From positions 832,001 through 896,000 of the forward strand of contig OZ241326.1 in assembly GCA_965199855.1 (NCBI GenBank): a stretch of 64,000 nucleotides of DNA. The letters run 5' to 3'. The notes under the pieces are model-generated. The model saw nothing but the letters and a program-made list of their open reading frames with translations, did not search any database and was not told the origin of the DNA. Below are positions 20,452 through 30,398 of the stretch, in pieces; within the stretch, counting starts at the first letter, position 1, and every line of letters begins with the position of its first letter. A program made the translations under genes and the position numbers. The stretch comes from a bacterium. Lineage in GTDB: Bacteria > UBA8248.

Positions 20452-21432
20452 GCCCGCCCCCCGCGTCCGTCCTCCGCCCTTGGCGAGCTTCCACCTGTCG
20501 TGCATCCACAGATATTGCTCCGGCCCTTTTCGGATGAGGCTTTCCGTCTCCTCGTTCAGCGCCGCCGTGAGCCTCGCTATTTCCTCCTTCGCGCTTCGCG
20601 CGCCCATGTCGGGGGCTATCGGCTCGCTCAAAAAGGCTTCATAGCGGCGGGAGGCGCCCTCCCTTCTCAGGCATGAAACCAGGAGGATGGGCCGCTTGTA
20701 GAGAACCGCCAGCGCGGCGGGGGCGGGCGTCGTGCTCGCCTTTCTGCCGAAAAACGGCGCGTCTATTCCGTGGGCGCCCGCGTTCTGATCCGCCAGAATC
20801 GCCACCGAGCGGCCCCTGCGCAGCGCCTCGCGCAGGTGGAAGAAAGCGTTTCGCTTGGAGAGTATCTCCTGGCCGGAAGCGGCGCGCATCCCGCGCAGGG
20901 CGGCCTCGAGCTTCCGGTTGTCCAGGGGCCTCACGGGAATGGTGAGCGGAATCCCCGCCAGCGCGCCCGCGTGGGCGAGGAATTCCCAGTTTCCCAGATG
21001 GGGGGCGACGAACACGCACCCGCCCGCGTCCTCGTGCGCCGCACGCGCTTTTTTCAGCACCTCCTCCCCTCCCTCCACGGTCTCCAGCATCATCTCCCTC
21101 GCCCGCCGCGGATCGAAGCGGGCGAGAAACTTCGCCCCCTCCAGGCCCGTCAGGACGAAGGAGCGGCAGCTGCGCCGCGCCAGAGCCAGACGCTCCGCCT
21201 CGCCCAGTTCGGGAAAGGCGATTCGCAGGTTGGCGCGCGCGATGCGCCTCCTCCTGGGGACGAGGCGGAAAATCGCCTCGCCCGCCGCCGCGGCGACCGC
21301 CCGGCAGACCCCGTAGGGCAGCGCGCGAACCGCCCCCAGCAGGGAGACGAGCAGGACGTATTCCACCCACTGGCGCGGCGCGCCCTTGTCCTTGCTGCGC
21401 TTTCTCTTTTTTCGCTTCGCGGATTCGTTCAC
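20422..21432 (-). CDS. LpxL/HtrB-family lipid acyltransferase
   Basis: PHLGNWE, ILADQ, FFG, PEQYLWMHDRWK; start overlaps upstream stop (GTGA). Confidence 0.92.
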   Translation of the reverse strand: MNESAKRKKRKRSKDKGAPRQWVEYVLLVSLLGAVRALPYGVCRAVAAAAGEAIFRLVPRRRRIARANLRIAFPELGEAERLALARRSCRSFVLTGLEGAKFLARFDPRRAREMMLETVEGGEEVLKKARAAHEDAGGCVFVAPHLGNWEFLAHAGALAGIPLTIPVRPLDNRKLEAALRGMRAASGQEILSKRNAFFHLREALRRGRSVAILADQNAGAHGIDAPFFGRKASTTPAPAALAVLYKRPILLVSCLRREGASRRYEAFLSEPIAPDMGARSAKEEIARLTAALNEETESLIRKGPEQYLWMHDRWKLAKGGGRTRGAGLRFGRRRGG

Positions 21433-22726
21433 GGCGCGGCGACGACGGTCGCGGAGGATTGCCCGCCGATGCCGTGGCTCAGGGACAGGAACGCGGCCCC
21501 CGAGAGGGCGCATTCCTCCCGGGGGATGCGCAGGGCGGCGAACGCCGCGTCCGCCCGCTCGAAGCCGGGCGTGGACGGGAGACGCGCCTCTCGCAGGGCG
21601 CGCAGCCCCAGCACGATTTCCGCCAAATCGCTGACGGAGCCCATGTGACCCGCGCAGGGCTTCCAGCCGGCGAGCGGGACGGCCTCTTTCGCCTCGCCCA
21701 GATACCCCATCAGGGCGGACAGCTCGCCCGCGTCCCCCTGCGGCGTCCCGCTTCCGTGGGGCAGAATGAAGGCCAGATCGTCAGGAGCCAGTCCGGCGTC
21801 GGCCATGGCGGATTCCACCGAGAAGCCCGCCGCCTCGCCGGGGACGGGAATGGAGCGCTCCGGCGACCCCTCCTGGGAATTCGCCGCCCCGAGGACGCGG
21901 CCCAGGGGCTTCGCCCCCCGCGCGCGGGCGGATTCGGCGGCTTCCAGCGTCAGGGCGGCCGCCCCCTCGCCGGTGAAGAACCCGTCCCGCCTCCTGTCAA
22001 AGGGCCGAAACGACGCCGCGCCCTCCTTCGCGCGGGAGAGAACCCCCAGGCCGTCCAGCTCCAGAAGCACGACGGGATGCGCCCAGCTTCCGCAGCCCAC
22101 GACCAGCCCCACGTCGGCTTCTCCCAGGCGAAGCGCGCGCTCGCAGCTCTCGAGCGCCTGCGCGCCGCAGGAGGAAAGGCTGGAGAAGCTGCCGTTCGGC
22201 CCCATGCACTCATACACGGCCGAGAGATAGCTGAAAAGATTGTTGGGGAGGCCTCGAGCAGGAAAAAGGGGCTGACGCTGTGGAGCGCCGCCTCGTTCAG
22301 CGCCGGAGCGTCCGGGAAATCCCACCCCTCGCCGGCCGTCCGCCGCAGGGCGGCGTAGAAGTCCGAATAGCCCACCCGCGTGAAGTCGCCCGATCCTACG
22401 TAGACGGCCTTCCTCTCCGGGGACGCCTCGCTCATGTCCAGCCCCGCGCGCGCCACCGCCTCGGCGGCCGCGTGAAGGCCCAGAATGGAGCTCCTGTTCA
22501 GGAACTTGCGCTGGCTCGAGAGCCCGGGCGGCGCATCGGGCGGATCTTCATGTCCGGCGACCCTGCCGTGATACAGAAAATTCTCCGGCAGGGACTCGCT
22601 TTCCGCGTCCCGATGGCGCGCGACTCCTCTTTCGCCGGCGCGAAGCGCGCGCCAGTTCTCCTCCACGCCCGCGCCCAGAGAGGTGAGCAGTCCCGCGCCG
22701 GTGATCCAGACCTCCCGTCCTTCCAT
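21429..22726 (-). pseudogene. Beta-ketoacyl synthase-like protein, frameshifted near 22252 (genuine lesion or sequencing error)
   Basis: N-half (VWITGAGLLTSLG..SPFFLLE) and C-half (LPNNLFSYLS..RPFDRRRDG..PHGSGT..GIGGQ) are in different frames; one extra G restores LEGLPNN. Confidence 0.85.
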
Positions 22727-23190
22727 CAGCGCCCCGCCTGGTTCAGCCGAACCTCGCGGCCCAGAACGCGAAAATGACGGCGCTGCTCCTCGGGGTCCTC
22801 ATAATCCGCGAGCGCCACCGCCCTGCCGCCGAAGTCGGCGACCACCCGACGCTCCCCCTCGACGGCCGCCACGCCCCTGAAGTTCCTGAGTTCGCCCTCC
22901 GTCCCCTGCGCCTCCACGCTCAGGGCGACCTGATCCCCGGGAAAGGCGAACCCGTAGTATCTGACGGCGCGCGCCCTCTCCAGAAGGATCCATTTCGTGA
23001 AGTCGGAGCCGGCCGCCTCGAGCCAGCCGGCAAGCTGCACCAGCCCCTCGAATATCAGCGCGCCCGGCATGACGGGAAAGCGCGGAAAGTGGAACTCCAG
23101 AAAATCCTCGCTCATGGTGATGTTCTTGACGCCCTGGATGGATTCTCCCGCCTTCCACGCCGTCACCCTGTCCACCAGCATGTATCGCAA
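22726..23190 (-). CDS. FabZ-like 3-hydroxyacyl-ACP dehydratase
   Basis: LVDRV, HFPRFPVMPG..EG; TTG start. Confidence 0.9.
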   Translation of the reverse strand: MRYMLVDRVTAWKAGESIQGVKNITMSEDFLEFHFPRFPVMPGALIFEGLVQLAGWLEAAGSDFTKWILLERARAVRYYGFAFPGDQVALSVEAQGTEGELRNFRGVAAVEGERRVVADFGGRAVALADYEDPEEQRRHFRVLGREVRLNQAGR

Positions 23191-23252
23191 AGCGCCCCTC
23201 TCCCGCTCGCCCGGCGCGCGCCCCTGCGCGGCGAATCCGCCGGACGAAACCT

Positions 23253-23669
23253 CTAGCCGGACTCTTCCGGCGCGCCCTCTCCCATCAGAATCACCTGGGC
23301 CACGGCCAGCTCCAGCGTATGGCTCATCGAGAGGGTCGTCTGGGCGATCTTCTTTCGCGCGCTCATCCGCGCCATCGAGCCGCGCAGCCTGAGCGCGGGC
23401 TTGCCCGACGCCGCCGACTCCACCTCGATCTCGCGCAGGCGGCCCCGCCCGCCCAGGCCGTCGGGCCCCGCAAGGCCGAGGCCGAAGGCCTTGAGGCAGG
23501 CCTCCTTCGCGGCGAAGCGGGCGGCGAAATGGGGATACGGATTGCGGCGCCGGAGGCAGTAGGCGCGCTCGGCTTCGGTGAATACGTCCGCCTGGAACGC
23601 ATCGCGGCGCTCGCAGGCCTTCTTCACGCGCGCCACTTCCACCAGGTCCACCCCCTGATACAGCAGCAT
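23253..23669 (-). CDS. acpS: Holo-ACP synthase (phosphopantetheinyl transferase)
   Basis: GVDLVE, RFAAKEACLKA, GKP, SMSH. Confidence 0.93.
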   Translation of the reverse strand: MLLYQGVDLVEVARVKKACERRDAFQADVFTEAERAYCLRRRNPYPHFAARFAAKEACLKAFGLGLAGPDGLGGRGRLREIEVESAASGKPALRLRGSMARMSARKKIAQTTLSMSHTLELAVAQVILMGEGAPEESG

Positions 23670-23685
23670 CCCCGCCTCCCCCTCC

Positions 23686-24438
23686 TCAGCCGGCGAGCAG
23701 GCCGCCGTCCACGGCGATGGCCTGTCCGTTGATGTAGTCCGCCGCCGGGGAGGCCAGAAACGCCACGAGCCCGGCCACGTCCTCCGGCTCGCCGAAGCGG
23801 CCCGCCGGGATGCGCTCCAGAATCGCCTCTCCCGCCCTCTCTCTCGCGCGCGCGCTCATGTCGGTGACGATCATGCCCGGCAGGACGGCGTTGAACTGTA
23901 TCCCGCGCTTTCCCATCTCGGCGGCGCAGGCGCGCATGAAGGCGATGACGCCCGCCTTGGCGGAGGCGTAGTTCGCCTGCCCTCCTCCGCCGGCGACTCC
24001 CGCGACCGAGGAGATGCTGATCACCTTGCCGGAGCGCTTCCTGAGCATGATCTCGCCGGCCGCCTTCGTGCAGTGATAGGCCCCGTCCAGGCTCACGCCG
24101 AGAACCTTCCGCCATCCATCGGGCTTCATGGTGAGCAGCAGGGTATCGTGAATCACGCCCGCGTTGTTCACCAGGACGTCGATCGTTCCGAAATCCGCCT
24201 TCACGCGCTCGAACATCGCCGCCACCTCCTCGAAGGAGGAAACGTCGGCCTGATAGGCGAGCGCCCTTCCGCCGGCCGCCTCGATTTCCGCGCGGATTTC
24301 CTCGGCGGCCTCGGCCGAGCGGCTGTAGTTGACGGCCACCGCCGCCCCCGCCTCGGCCAGGGCGGCGCAGCAGGCGCGGCCGATGCCCCGGCCGCCTCCG
24401 GTCACCAGCGCGATTTTTCCGCTCAAGTCGATTTTCAT
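23686..24438 (-). CDS. fabG: 3-oxoacyl-ACP reductase
   Basis: TGGGRGIG, NNAG, GQANYASAK, PGMIVTDM. Confidence 0.92.
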   Translation of the reverse strand: MKIDLSGKIALVTGGGRGIGRACCAALAEAGAAVAVNYSRSAEAAEEIRAEIEAAGGRALAYQADVSSFEEVAAMFERVKADFGTIDVLVNNAGVIHDTLLLTMKPDGWRKVLGVSLDGAYHCTKAAGEIMLRKRSGKVISISSVAGVAGGGGQANYASAKAGVIAFMRACAAEMGKRGIQFNAVLPGMIVTDMSARARERAGEAILERIPAGRFGEPEDVAGLVAFLASPAADYINGQAIAVDGGLLAG

Positions 24439-25704
24439 CTAGGCCGCCTTTCTGATGAGGAGGGTGGCGTTCTGCCCGCCGAAGCCGAAGGAATTCGTGA
24501 TGGCGGCGGGCACGGGCATCTCGCGCGCGCCCTCGGCCACGTAGTCGAGGTCGCACTTCGGGTCGGGGTTCTCCAGTCCGACGGTGGGATGCGCGACGTC
24601 GCGCGCCACGCTCAAGGCCGTGAAGATGAACTCGGGCGCGCCGCACGCGGCGATCAGATGCCCGATCATGGACTTGGAGGAACTCACCGCCAGCGCGTCC
24701 GCGCGCGCGCCGAACGCCTCCCGAATCGCCCGGGTCTCGGCCGGGTCGTTGAGCTTCGTGCCCGTGCCGTGCGCGTTGACGTAGGCGACGTCGCCGGGCG
24801 CCATGCCCGCGTCCCCGAGCGCCTCGCGCATTGAGCGAACGGCGCCCCGGCCCGCCGGATGCGGGGCGGTCACCCGCCAGGCGTCCATGCTCGCGCCGTA
24901 GCCCGCCAGGACGGCCCAGGGCGCCGCCCCCCTCTTTTCTACGCGCGCCGCCGACTCCAGAACGACCACGCCCGCCCCCTCGCCCACGGCGAGGCCCGCG
25001 CGCCTGCGGTCGAACGGGCGGCAAACCGGGGGCTTCGATTTCGAGGCGGCGCCCAGCAGGAGGAAGATGGCCATCCCGACGGGGTGGATCATCGAGTCCG
25101 CCCCGCCGCAAACCGCGATATCCGCCTCGCCCCTGCGAATCATCCGCATTCCGAGGCCAATCGCCTGGGCCGCGGCCGCGCAGGCGGAGGTAATGGTTCC
25201 GCCGGGGCCGGCCAGCCCGAACCATTCCGCAATCTTCGTCGTCGCCCGCTCGGGCGGATTGTCGAAGTAGCCGGCGGGGTGCGTTCCGTCCAGCTCCCTT
25301 GCGAAGCGCGCGGCGTCGAAGCCGCTCTCCTCGTCCGCCCAGGCGGAGAAATCCTCCAGCCGATAGCTGCTCAATCCCGTCCCCATCACCACGCCCGCGC
25401 GACCGGGCGCGTAATCCCCGACGCGAAGCCCAGCGTCCGCCATCGCCTCCCGGGCGGCGTGGAGCGCGAACAGCACCCTGTGCTCGCCCTCGTCCGCGTA
25501 TTCATCGGGCAGCCTCTCCCGGATGGCGCGGAGCGTCTCCCCGGGCACCTCCCCCGCCGCAGCGACGGGCAACGCGCCCGCGTCGAAGGATTCTATCGGC
25601 GCGAGGCCCGACTCGCCGGCCAGCGCCCGCCGCCATGAGGTCTCCACGTCGGCGCCGAGGGAGGTCACCATGCCGAGGCCGGTGATGAATACCGGCGCGC
25701 TCAC
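24439..25704 (-). CDS. Beta-ketoacyl-ACP synthase II-like (active Cys-His-His)
   Basis: TSACAA, NAHGTGT, KSMIGH, NSFGFGGQN. Confidence 0.93.
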   Translation of the reverse strand: MSAPVFITGLGMVTSLGADVETSWRRALAGESGLAPIESFDAGALPVAAAGEVPGETLRAIRERLPDEYADEGEHRVLFALHAAREAMADAGLRVGDYAPGRAGVVMGTGLSSYRLEDFSAWADEESGFDAARFARELDGTHPAGYFDNPPERATTKIAEWFGLAGPGGTITSACAAAAQAIGLGMRMIRRGEADIAVCGGADSMIHPVGMAIFLLLGAASKSKPPVCRPFDRRRAGLAVGEGAGVVVLESAARVEKRGAAPWAVLAGYGASMDAWRVTAPHPAGRGAVRSMREALGDAGMAPGDVAYVNAHGTGTKLNDPAETRAIREAFGARADALAVSSSKSMIGHLIAACGAPEFIFTALSVARDVAHPTVGLENPDPKCDLDYVAEGAREMPVPAAITNSFGFGGQNATLLIRKAA

Positions 25705-26153
25705 GCTCCCTCCCCGAACGCCAGCCAGCCGCACCTTCTGAAGCGCTCTCTCAGCCCCTCGGGGTCGTCGTTGGGAAAGTGCGGATAGATGAACCGCCCC
25801 GCCCTCGCCACCAGGGCGCCGTCTTTTTCGACGCGCGCGCGGCACAGGCTCGCCTGCTCGTTCGTGTCGATCATCTCGCCGTGAATCTCCAGGGCCGCGC
25901 CGGGGCGCAGGTCGCTCGCCACCTCCACATCGTCGATGAGGGAGATGACGCACGAGGTCTCGAAGTCATGGGTATAGACCACGAGCCAGCCCGCAATCTG
26001 CGCCATCGCCTCGATGAGCATGGAGCCGGGCACGCGGGGGGCGCGGCTGAAGTGCCCGTTCAGACAGGCCTCCGAGAGCGGAAACGTCTTGAGGCCCACG
26101 ATGCGCTCTCCGCGCGCCGCCTCCTTGATCTGATCGAACAAGAGAAACCGCAA
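25701..26153 (-). CDS. FabZ-like dehydratase
   Basis: LFDQI, GHFSRAPRVPG..EAMAQ; TTG start. Confidence 0.88.
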   Translation of the reverse strand: MRFLLFDQIKEAARGERIVGLKTFPLSEACLNGHFSRAPRVPGSMLIEAMAQIAGWLVVYTHDFETSCVISLIDDVEVASDLRPGAALEIHGEMIDTNEQASLCRARVEKDGALVARAGRFIYPHFPNDDPEGLRERFRRCGWLAFGEGA

Positions 26154-26168
26154 CCGGCCGCTCCTCCG

Positions 26169-27356
26169 TCAGGCGCTCCTCCCCACCACGAAAGCCGCGC
26201 ACGCGCCGTCGAAGCCCTGGAGAAGAACGAGCGCGTTCCTCATATCGCCCCGCTCCGCCCCGGGCTCCGCGCAAAAGCGCAACGCCTCCGCGCCGCGGGA
26301 CGGAGGCGCCTCGCCCTCCGCCAGCGCCCTGAGCGCGATGATGAGGTCCAGCGCGGGACTTCCCCCCCAAAGGTCGCCGAATACGCCCTTTGTCGCAAGT
26401 CCGCAGGGCCTGTGGCGTCCGAAAAGGGCGGAAACCGCCTCGGCCTCCGCCGCGTCCGCCGCGCCCTCCCCCGCTCCATGAAGCGCGAGGAGGTCGATTT
26501 CCCCGGGCGCGAGGCCCGAGAGCGAGAGAGCGGCCTCCGCCGCGTCCCGAATCGCGCCGGCGAGCCCGCCTCCCGTTCCGAGCGCGCGAACCGAGGCGCG
26601 CCCTTTGAGCCAGCCGCGTATCCTGCCGGGGTCGGCTTCTTCCGCCGCCTCGAAAAGCACGACGCCCGCGCCCTCGCCCGGCGCGAAGGCCGCGCTCCGC
26701 GCGCCGCGCTTCACCGCGCGGGCGATCATCCGGGCGGAAATCGCCCCGCTCACGCCGGCGGCGAGACCCAGCTTCGCCTTTCCCAGGCGCGCGGAGTCCG
26801 CCGCCTCCCAAAGGGCGCGCGCCGCCGCCTCCGCGCCCGCGCTGAAGACGGCGTTCTCCCCCCGGAATTGATGCCGAATCGCCGCCTGGCTGAAGCCTAT
26901 CGCGTTCAGCAGTCCGAGCGGCCAAAGAGGGGGAATGCGGTCGATTCCCTCGCTGAAAAAATGATCGAGGCGGACGCCGTCCTCCGACTCCCGAATCGCG
27001 CCGATCAAGTCGCCGGCCGCCGGATCGAAGGAATCCATGCCGGCGAAAAAGGCGACCTCCTCCCCCGCCGCGTCCGCCAGGGCGGGCGCGTCCGCTATCG
27101 CTTCCTGAACCGCCGCCAGAAGCATGCGGGCGTGATGGCCCATGAGCCTGGCCGCGCGATGGTCCGCGCCGATGGATTCAGGGGCGATCCGCGCGCACCG
27201 CGCCGTTTTTATCGGGGCGAAGCCGGCGAGTTCGGGATCCGCGTCGGGAGCGAGGCAGGAGCGTCCCGCGCGAAGCGCCTCCCAGGCGGCGTCGACGCCC
27301 CGCCCCGCCGCCGTTATCAGGCCGACCCCGGTGATGGGAAGGGGCGGGAGCTTCAC
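26169..27356 (-). CDS. Degenerate ketosynthase (chain-length-factor-like)
   Basis: KS fold (ITGVG, PGEGAGVV, LHGAG) but catalytic Cys absent (FSAGAEA) and second His replaced (KGVFGD). Confidence 0.85.
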   Translation of the reverse strand: MKLPPLPITGVGLITAAGRGVDAAWEALRAGRSCLAPDADPELAGFAPIKTARCARIAPESIGADHRAARLMGHHARMLLAAVQEAIADAPALADAAGEEVAFFAGMDSFDPAAGDLIGAIRESEDGVRLDHFFSEGIDRIPPLWPLGLLNAIGFSQAAIRHQFRGENAVFSAGAEAAARALWEAADSARLGKAKLGLAAGVSGAISARMIARAVKRGARSAAFAPGEGAGVVLFEAAEEADPGRIRGWLKGRASVRALGTGGGLAGAIRDAAEAALSLSGLAPGEIDLLALHGAGEGAADAAEAEAVSALFGRHRPCGLATKGVFGDLWGGSPALDLIIALRALAEGEAPPSRGAEALRFCAEPGAERGDMRNALVLLQGFDGACAAFVVGRSA

Positions 27357-28663
27357 GCGCGCCCGGGGCCGCCCAGGCACAGACAGGCGTTCTGCCCCCC
27401 GAAGCCGAAACTGTTGGAGAGCGCCACGCGATGGGCCCGCCTCCTGGTCTCGTTCGGCACGTAGTCCAGGTCGCACTTCGGGTCGCGGTGCTGGTAGTTG
27501 ATGGTGGGCAGAATTTCCGAGCGGCGCATTCCCTCTAGAGTCAGAATCGCCTCGATGGCCCCGGCCGCGCCGATTGTGTGGCCGATCATGGACTTGTTGG
27601 AGCTGATCGGCAGCTTCTCCGCGCGGGCGCCGAACACCTCCTTGACGGCCCTGGTCTCCGTCACGTCGTTCTTGGGCGTCGAGGTGCCGTGCGCGTTGAC
27701 GTATTCGACGCTCCCGGGCGAAACGCCCGCGTCCGCGAGCGCCCTTTTCATGGCGAATATCGCGCCCAGGCCCTTCGGGTGCATGTCGGTGATGCGAAAG
27801 GCGTCGGCGGAATCGCCGTAGCCGAGCACTTCGCCCAGAATCTCCGCGCCGCGCGCGCGCGCGTGGTCGCGGCCCTCGAGAATCATCGCGCCCGCGCCCT
27901 CGGACATCACGAAGCCGTTTCGACGCCTGTCGAAGGGGCGGGACGCCGTTTGCGGGGTTTCGTATTTCTCGGCCAGCGCGGTGAGGAGAACGAAGCCGAG
28001 AAACCCGACGTAGGTGATGGCCGCCTCGCAGCCGCCCGCCACCATGACGTCCGCTTTTCCGTCCCGGATGAGGCGCGCCGACTCGCCAATCGCCTGCGCC
28101 CCCGCCGCGCAGGCCGAGCAGATGGAGGCCGTCGGTCCCCGGCAGTCGAAATCCAGGGCGACGACGGAGGTCGCCACGTCCGCTTTTCGTCTGAAAAAAG
28201 TCATCAGGTCATACGCGCCGCGGGAGCGGAGCGCCTTGACGTCCCATCCGCCCCGCATGGGATCGCCGTTTTCGGGCTTCCAGTAGGGGAAGATGCGCAG
28301 GAGTTCCTCAATCTGGGGGTGATCGCCGTGGGAGCCGAGCGCGACGCCGACCCGCCTTCGATCCGAGACCTCGTCCAGGCGCGCCGCCTTCGCCGCCTGG
28401 GAGACGGCCGCGCGCATCATGCGCGCGCCGCGCGTCGAGAACTTGTCGAGCCTGCGCCCGCCGCCGTCCTCGCGGGATTCGAGCCACGCATCCTCGATTT
28501 CGCCGGCGATCCGGCAGGGAAGGCCCTCGGGGGAGAAGCGGCTGATCTCGTCGATTCCCGAGCGCCCCTCGCGCATGGCCTCGAAGGTGGAGGCGACGTC
28601 CCCGCCCAAGGGCGTCATCGCCCCGTATCCGGTGACCACGACCCGTCTGCCGCGAGCGGCCAT
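27353..28663 (-). CDS. fabF: Beta-ketoacyl-ACP synthase II-like (active)
   Basis: RRVVVTG, CSACAAG, NAHGTST, KSMIGH, SNSFGFGGQN. Confidence 0.93.
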   Translation of the reverse strand: MAARGRRVVVTGYGAMTPLGGDVASTFEAMREGRSGIDEISRFSPEGLPCRIAGEIEDAWLESREDGGGRRLDKFSTRGARMMRAAVSQAAKAARLDEVSDRRRVGVALGSHGDHPQIEELLRIFPYWKPENGDPMRGGWDVKALRSRGAYDLMTFFRRKADVATSVVALDFDCRGPTASICSACAAGAQAIGESARLIRDGKADVMVAGGCEAAITYVGFLGFVLLTALAEKYETPQTASRPFDRRRNGFVMSEGAGAMILEGRDHARARGAEILGEVLGYGDSADAFRITDMHPKGLGAIFAMKRALADAGVSPGSVEYVNAHGTSTPKNDVTETRAVKEVFGARAEKLPISSNKSMIGHTIGAAGAIEAILTLEGMRRSEILPTINYQHRDPKCDLDYVPNETRRRAHRVALSNSFGFGGQNACLCLGGPGRA

Positions 28664-28707
28664 TCGCGCGCGCTCCAGGAAAGATGGGTGAGGCGAGGCG
28701 GGCGGCG

Positions 28708-29271
28708 TCAGGAGGAGAAGAGGCCCCTCTCCTCCTGCACCCCGTTCAGCCAGTTCTGAACCACCTCGTCCCCGCTGGGCAGAGAGGCGGGCGCGCCCGT
28801 CCCGGCGCAGACGATGCGCGTTCCCTCCTCGGTCTTCCAGTCCGCTCCGGCCGGGCTCTTCTCCGGCAGGCAGTTCAGCACGTCGCGCACCGCGCCGGCC
28901 AGCGTTTGGGGGGTGACGAGGGCGGGCAGCTCATCCACGGGGGTTCCTGGCTCCAGCGCCCCGGCCGCCTCGTTCAGGCGCAGCTTCAGCACCTCGACCC
29001 CCTTTTCCGTCACCTCGCTCTCCTCGTTGATGGCCACGCCCTCGCCGAACATCTCCTCCACGTGCTCGAGGACGAAATTGCGCGCCATCTTGATGCCGAA
29101 CACCTGTTCGAGGCGAAAGTTGATGTCCAGGAAATCGAGCGAGAGCACGCCCAGGTCGTCCACCAGTGAGCTGTCCGGCTCGATGGTCTCCTTCTCGATC
29201 CCCGTGGTGTGGGCGATCGCCTTCTTCACCTCTTCCAGAATCGCGTCGTCCGGGATCAGGTTTTGCGGCAT
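28708..29271 (-). CDS. Extended acyl carrier protein (187 aa)
   Basis: DDLGVLSLDFLDINFRLEQVFGIK ACP core plus about 100-aa extension; RBS AGGAG. Confidence 0.88.
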   Translation of the reverse strand: MPQNLIPDDAILEEVKKAIAHTTGIEKETIEPDSSLVDDLGVLSLDFLDINFRLEQVFGIKMARNFVLEHVEEMFGEGVAINEESEVTEKGVEVLKLRLNEAAGALEPGTPVDELPALVTPQTLAGAVRDVLNCLPEKSPAGADWKTEEGTRIVCAGTGAPASLPSGDEVVQNWLNGVQEERGLFSS

Positions 29272-29395
29272 GATTCTCCTCTGGCCGGCAAGCGCGCGGC
29301 CTTCTCGCTTCCATGGGGATGGGCGCGCGGAAATCCTCGGTTCTCGGGGCATATACAAGCAAAGAGGAGCGTGAAAATCAATCGGCTCCGAAAAA

Positions 29396-30175
29396 TCACC
29401 CGCGCGGGCGGTTCAGCCGGTTGCCGAGCCCCCTGTCCACCACGAGCGTCTGGCCGCGTATGGAGGCGGCGCCCGCGCCGGCGAGAAAGCAGACGGACTC
29501 GGCCACTTCCTCGGGCGCGACGAAAAAGCGCTCGGGCAGCTCCTCCAGCTCCGGCTGAATCATCCGCAGCGTCTTGAACGAGTCGGTCTTCACGAGACCC
29601 GCGCAGACGGCGTTGACCGATACGCCCCGCTCGCCGAAGCTCTCCGCCCAATGCCTCACCGCCGCCTCCATGGCCGCCTTCATCGGCCCCAGGGGATACT
29701 CGGGGTGGTGGAAGCGGCCGCCCAGGCTGGAGAGGAACACGACGGCGCCCCCCCGGCGCGAGAGCAGCGGAAGCGCCGACTGCATGCAGAACACGTTGCC
29801 CAGGAAATTCGTCTCGACCAGGAGCCTGAGGTCGCGCTCCAGAAGCTTCTCCCAGGGCTTGAAGGGGGCGCGCGCCGCGTTCAGGATCAGGACGTCGAGC
29901 CGCCCGAATTCCTCCTCCACCCGCGCGAACATCTCCCTTACGGCGTCTTTTTTGGAAATATCGGCGGCGACGGCGAGGGCGCGGCCGCCGGCGGCCTCGA
30001 CCTCCCGGCAAAGCGCGTCCGCCATCCGCGCCGATCTGCCCCGCCCTTCCCGATGGTTCAGCACCAGACGCGCGCCCTCGCGCGCGAAGCGCCTCGCAAT
30101 GGCGGCGCCGATGCCGCGCGAGCCGCCCGTTACGAGAACCACCCTGTCCTTCATCCCAGGCTCCGCCGCGTCCAT
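29396..30175 (-). CDS. FabL-like enoyl-ACP reductase (SDR)
   Basis: TGGSRGIG, LNAA, Y..GPMKAAMEAAVR, VNAVCAG; first gene of the fab cluster. Confidence 0.8.
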   Translation of the reverse strand: MDAAEPGMKDRVVLVTGGSRGIGAAIARRFAREGARLVLNHREGRGRSARMADALCREVEAAGGRALAVAADISKKDAVREMFARVEEEFGRLDVLILNAARAPFKPWEKLLERDLRLLVETNFLGNVFCMQSALPLLSRRGGAVVFLSSLGGRFHHPEYPLGPMKAAMEAAVRHWAESFGERGVSVNAVCAGLVKTDSFKTLRMIQPELEELPERFFVAPEEVAESVCFLAGAGAASIRGQTLVVDRGLGNRLNRPRG

Positions 30176-30398
30176 CGCTCCTCCCCACGGCCGCGCGCCG
30201 CGAAAAGCGGAAAACCGCCTCCCGCCTCTCGAGGAAACGCGGACGGCATCTCTGAAAATTTATATCCCAGGGGCGCGCCCTCATCAAACCCCGCGAGGGA
30301 GGCCGGACGCCGGGGTTTGAATCCCCGCCCGCAACCTCATACAATGCGGGCGTCTGCTCTCTTACCCGCGCGTTGCGGCGCGGCCCGGGGGAAATCCT

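Noticed and set aside
20422-30175. Calling the fab cluster a ladderane or aryl-polyene pathway
   Set aside because: It lacks the radical SAM/desaturase-like genes and the aromatic starter ligase/glycosyltransferase expected for those pathways
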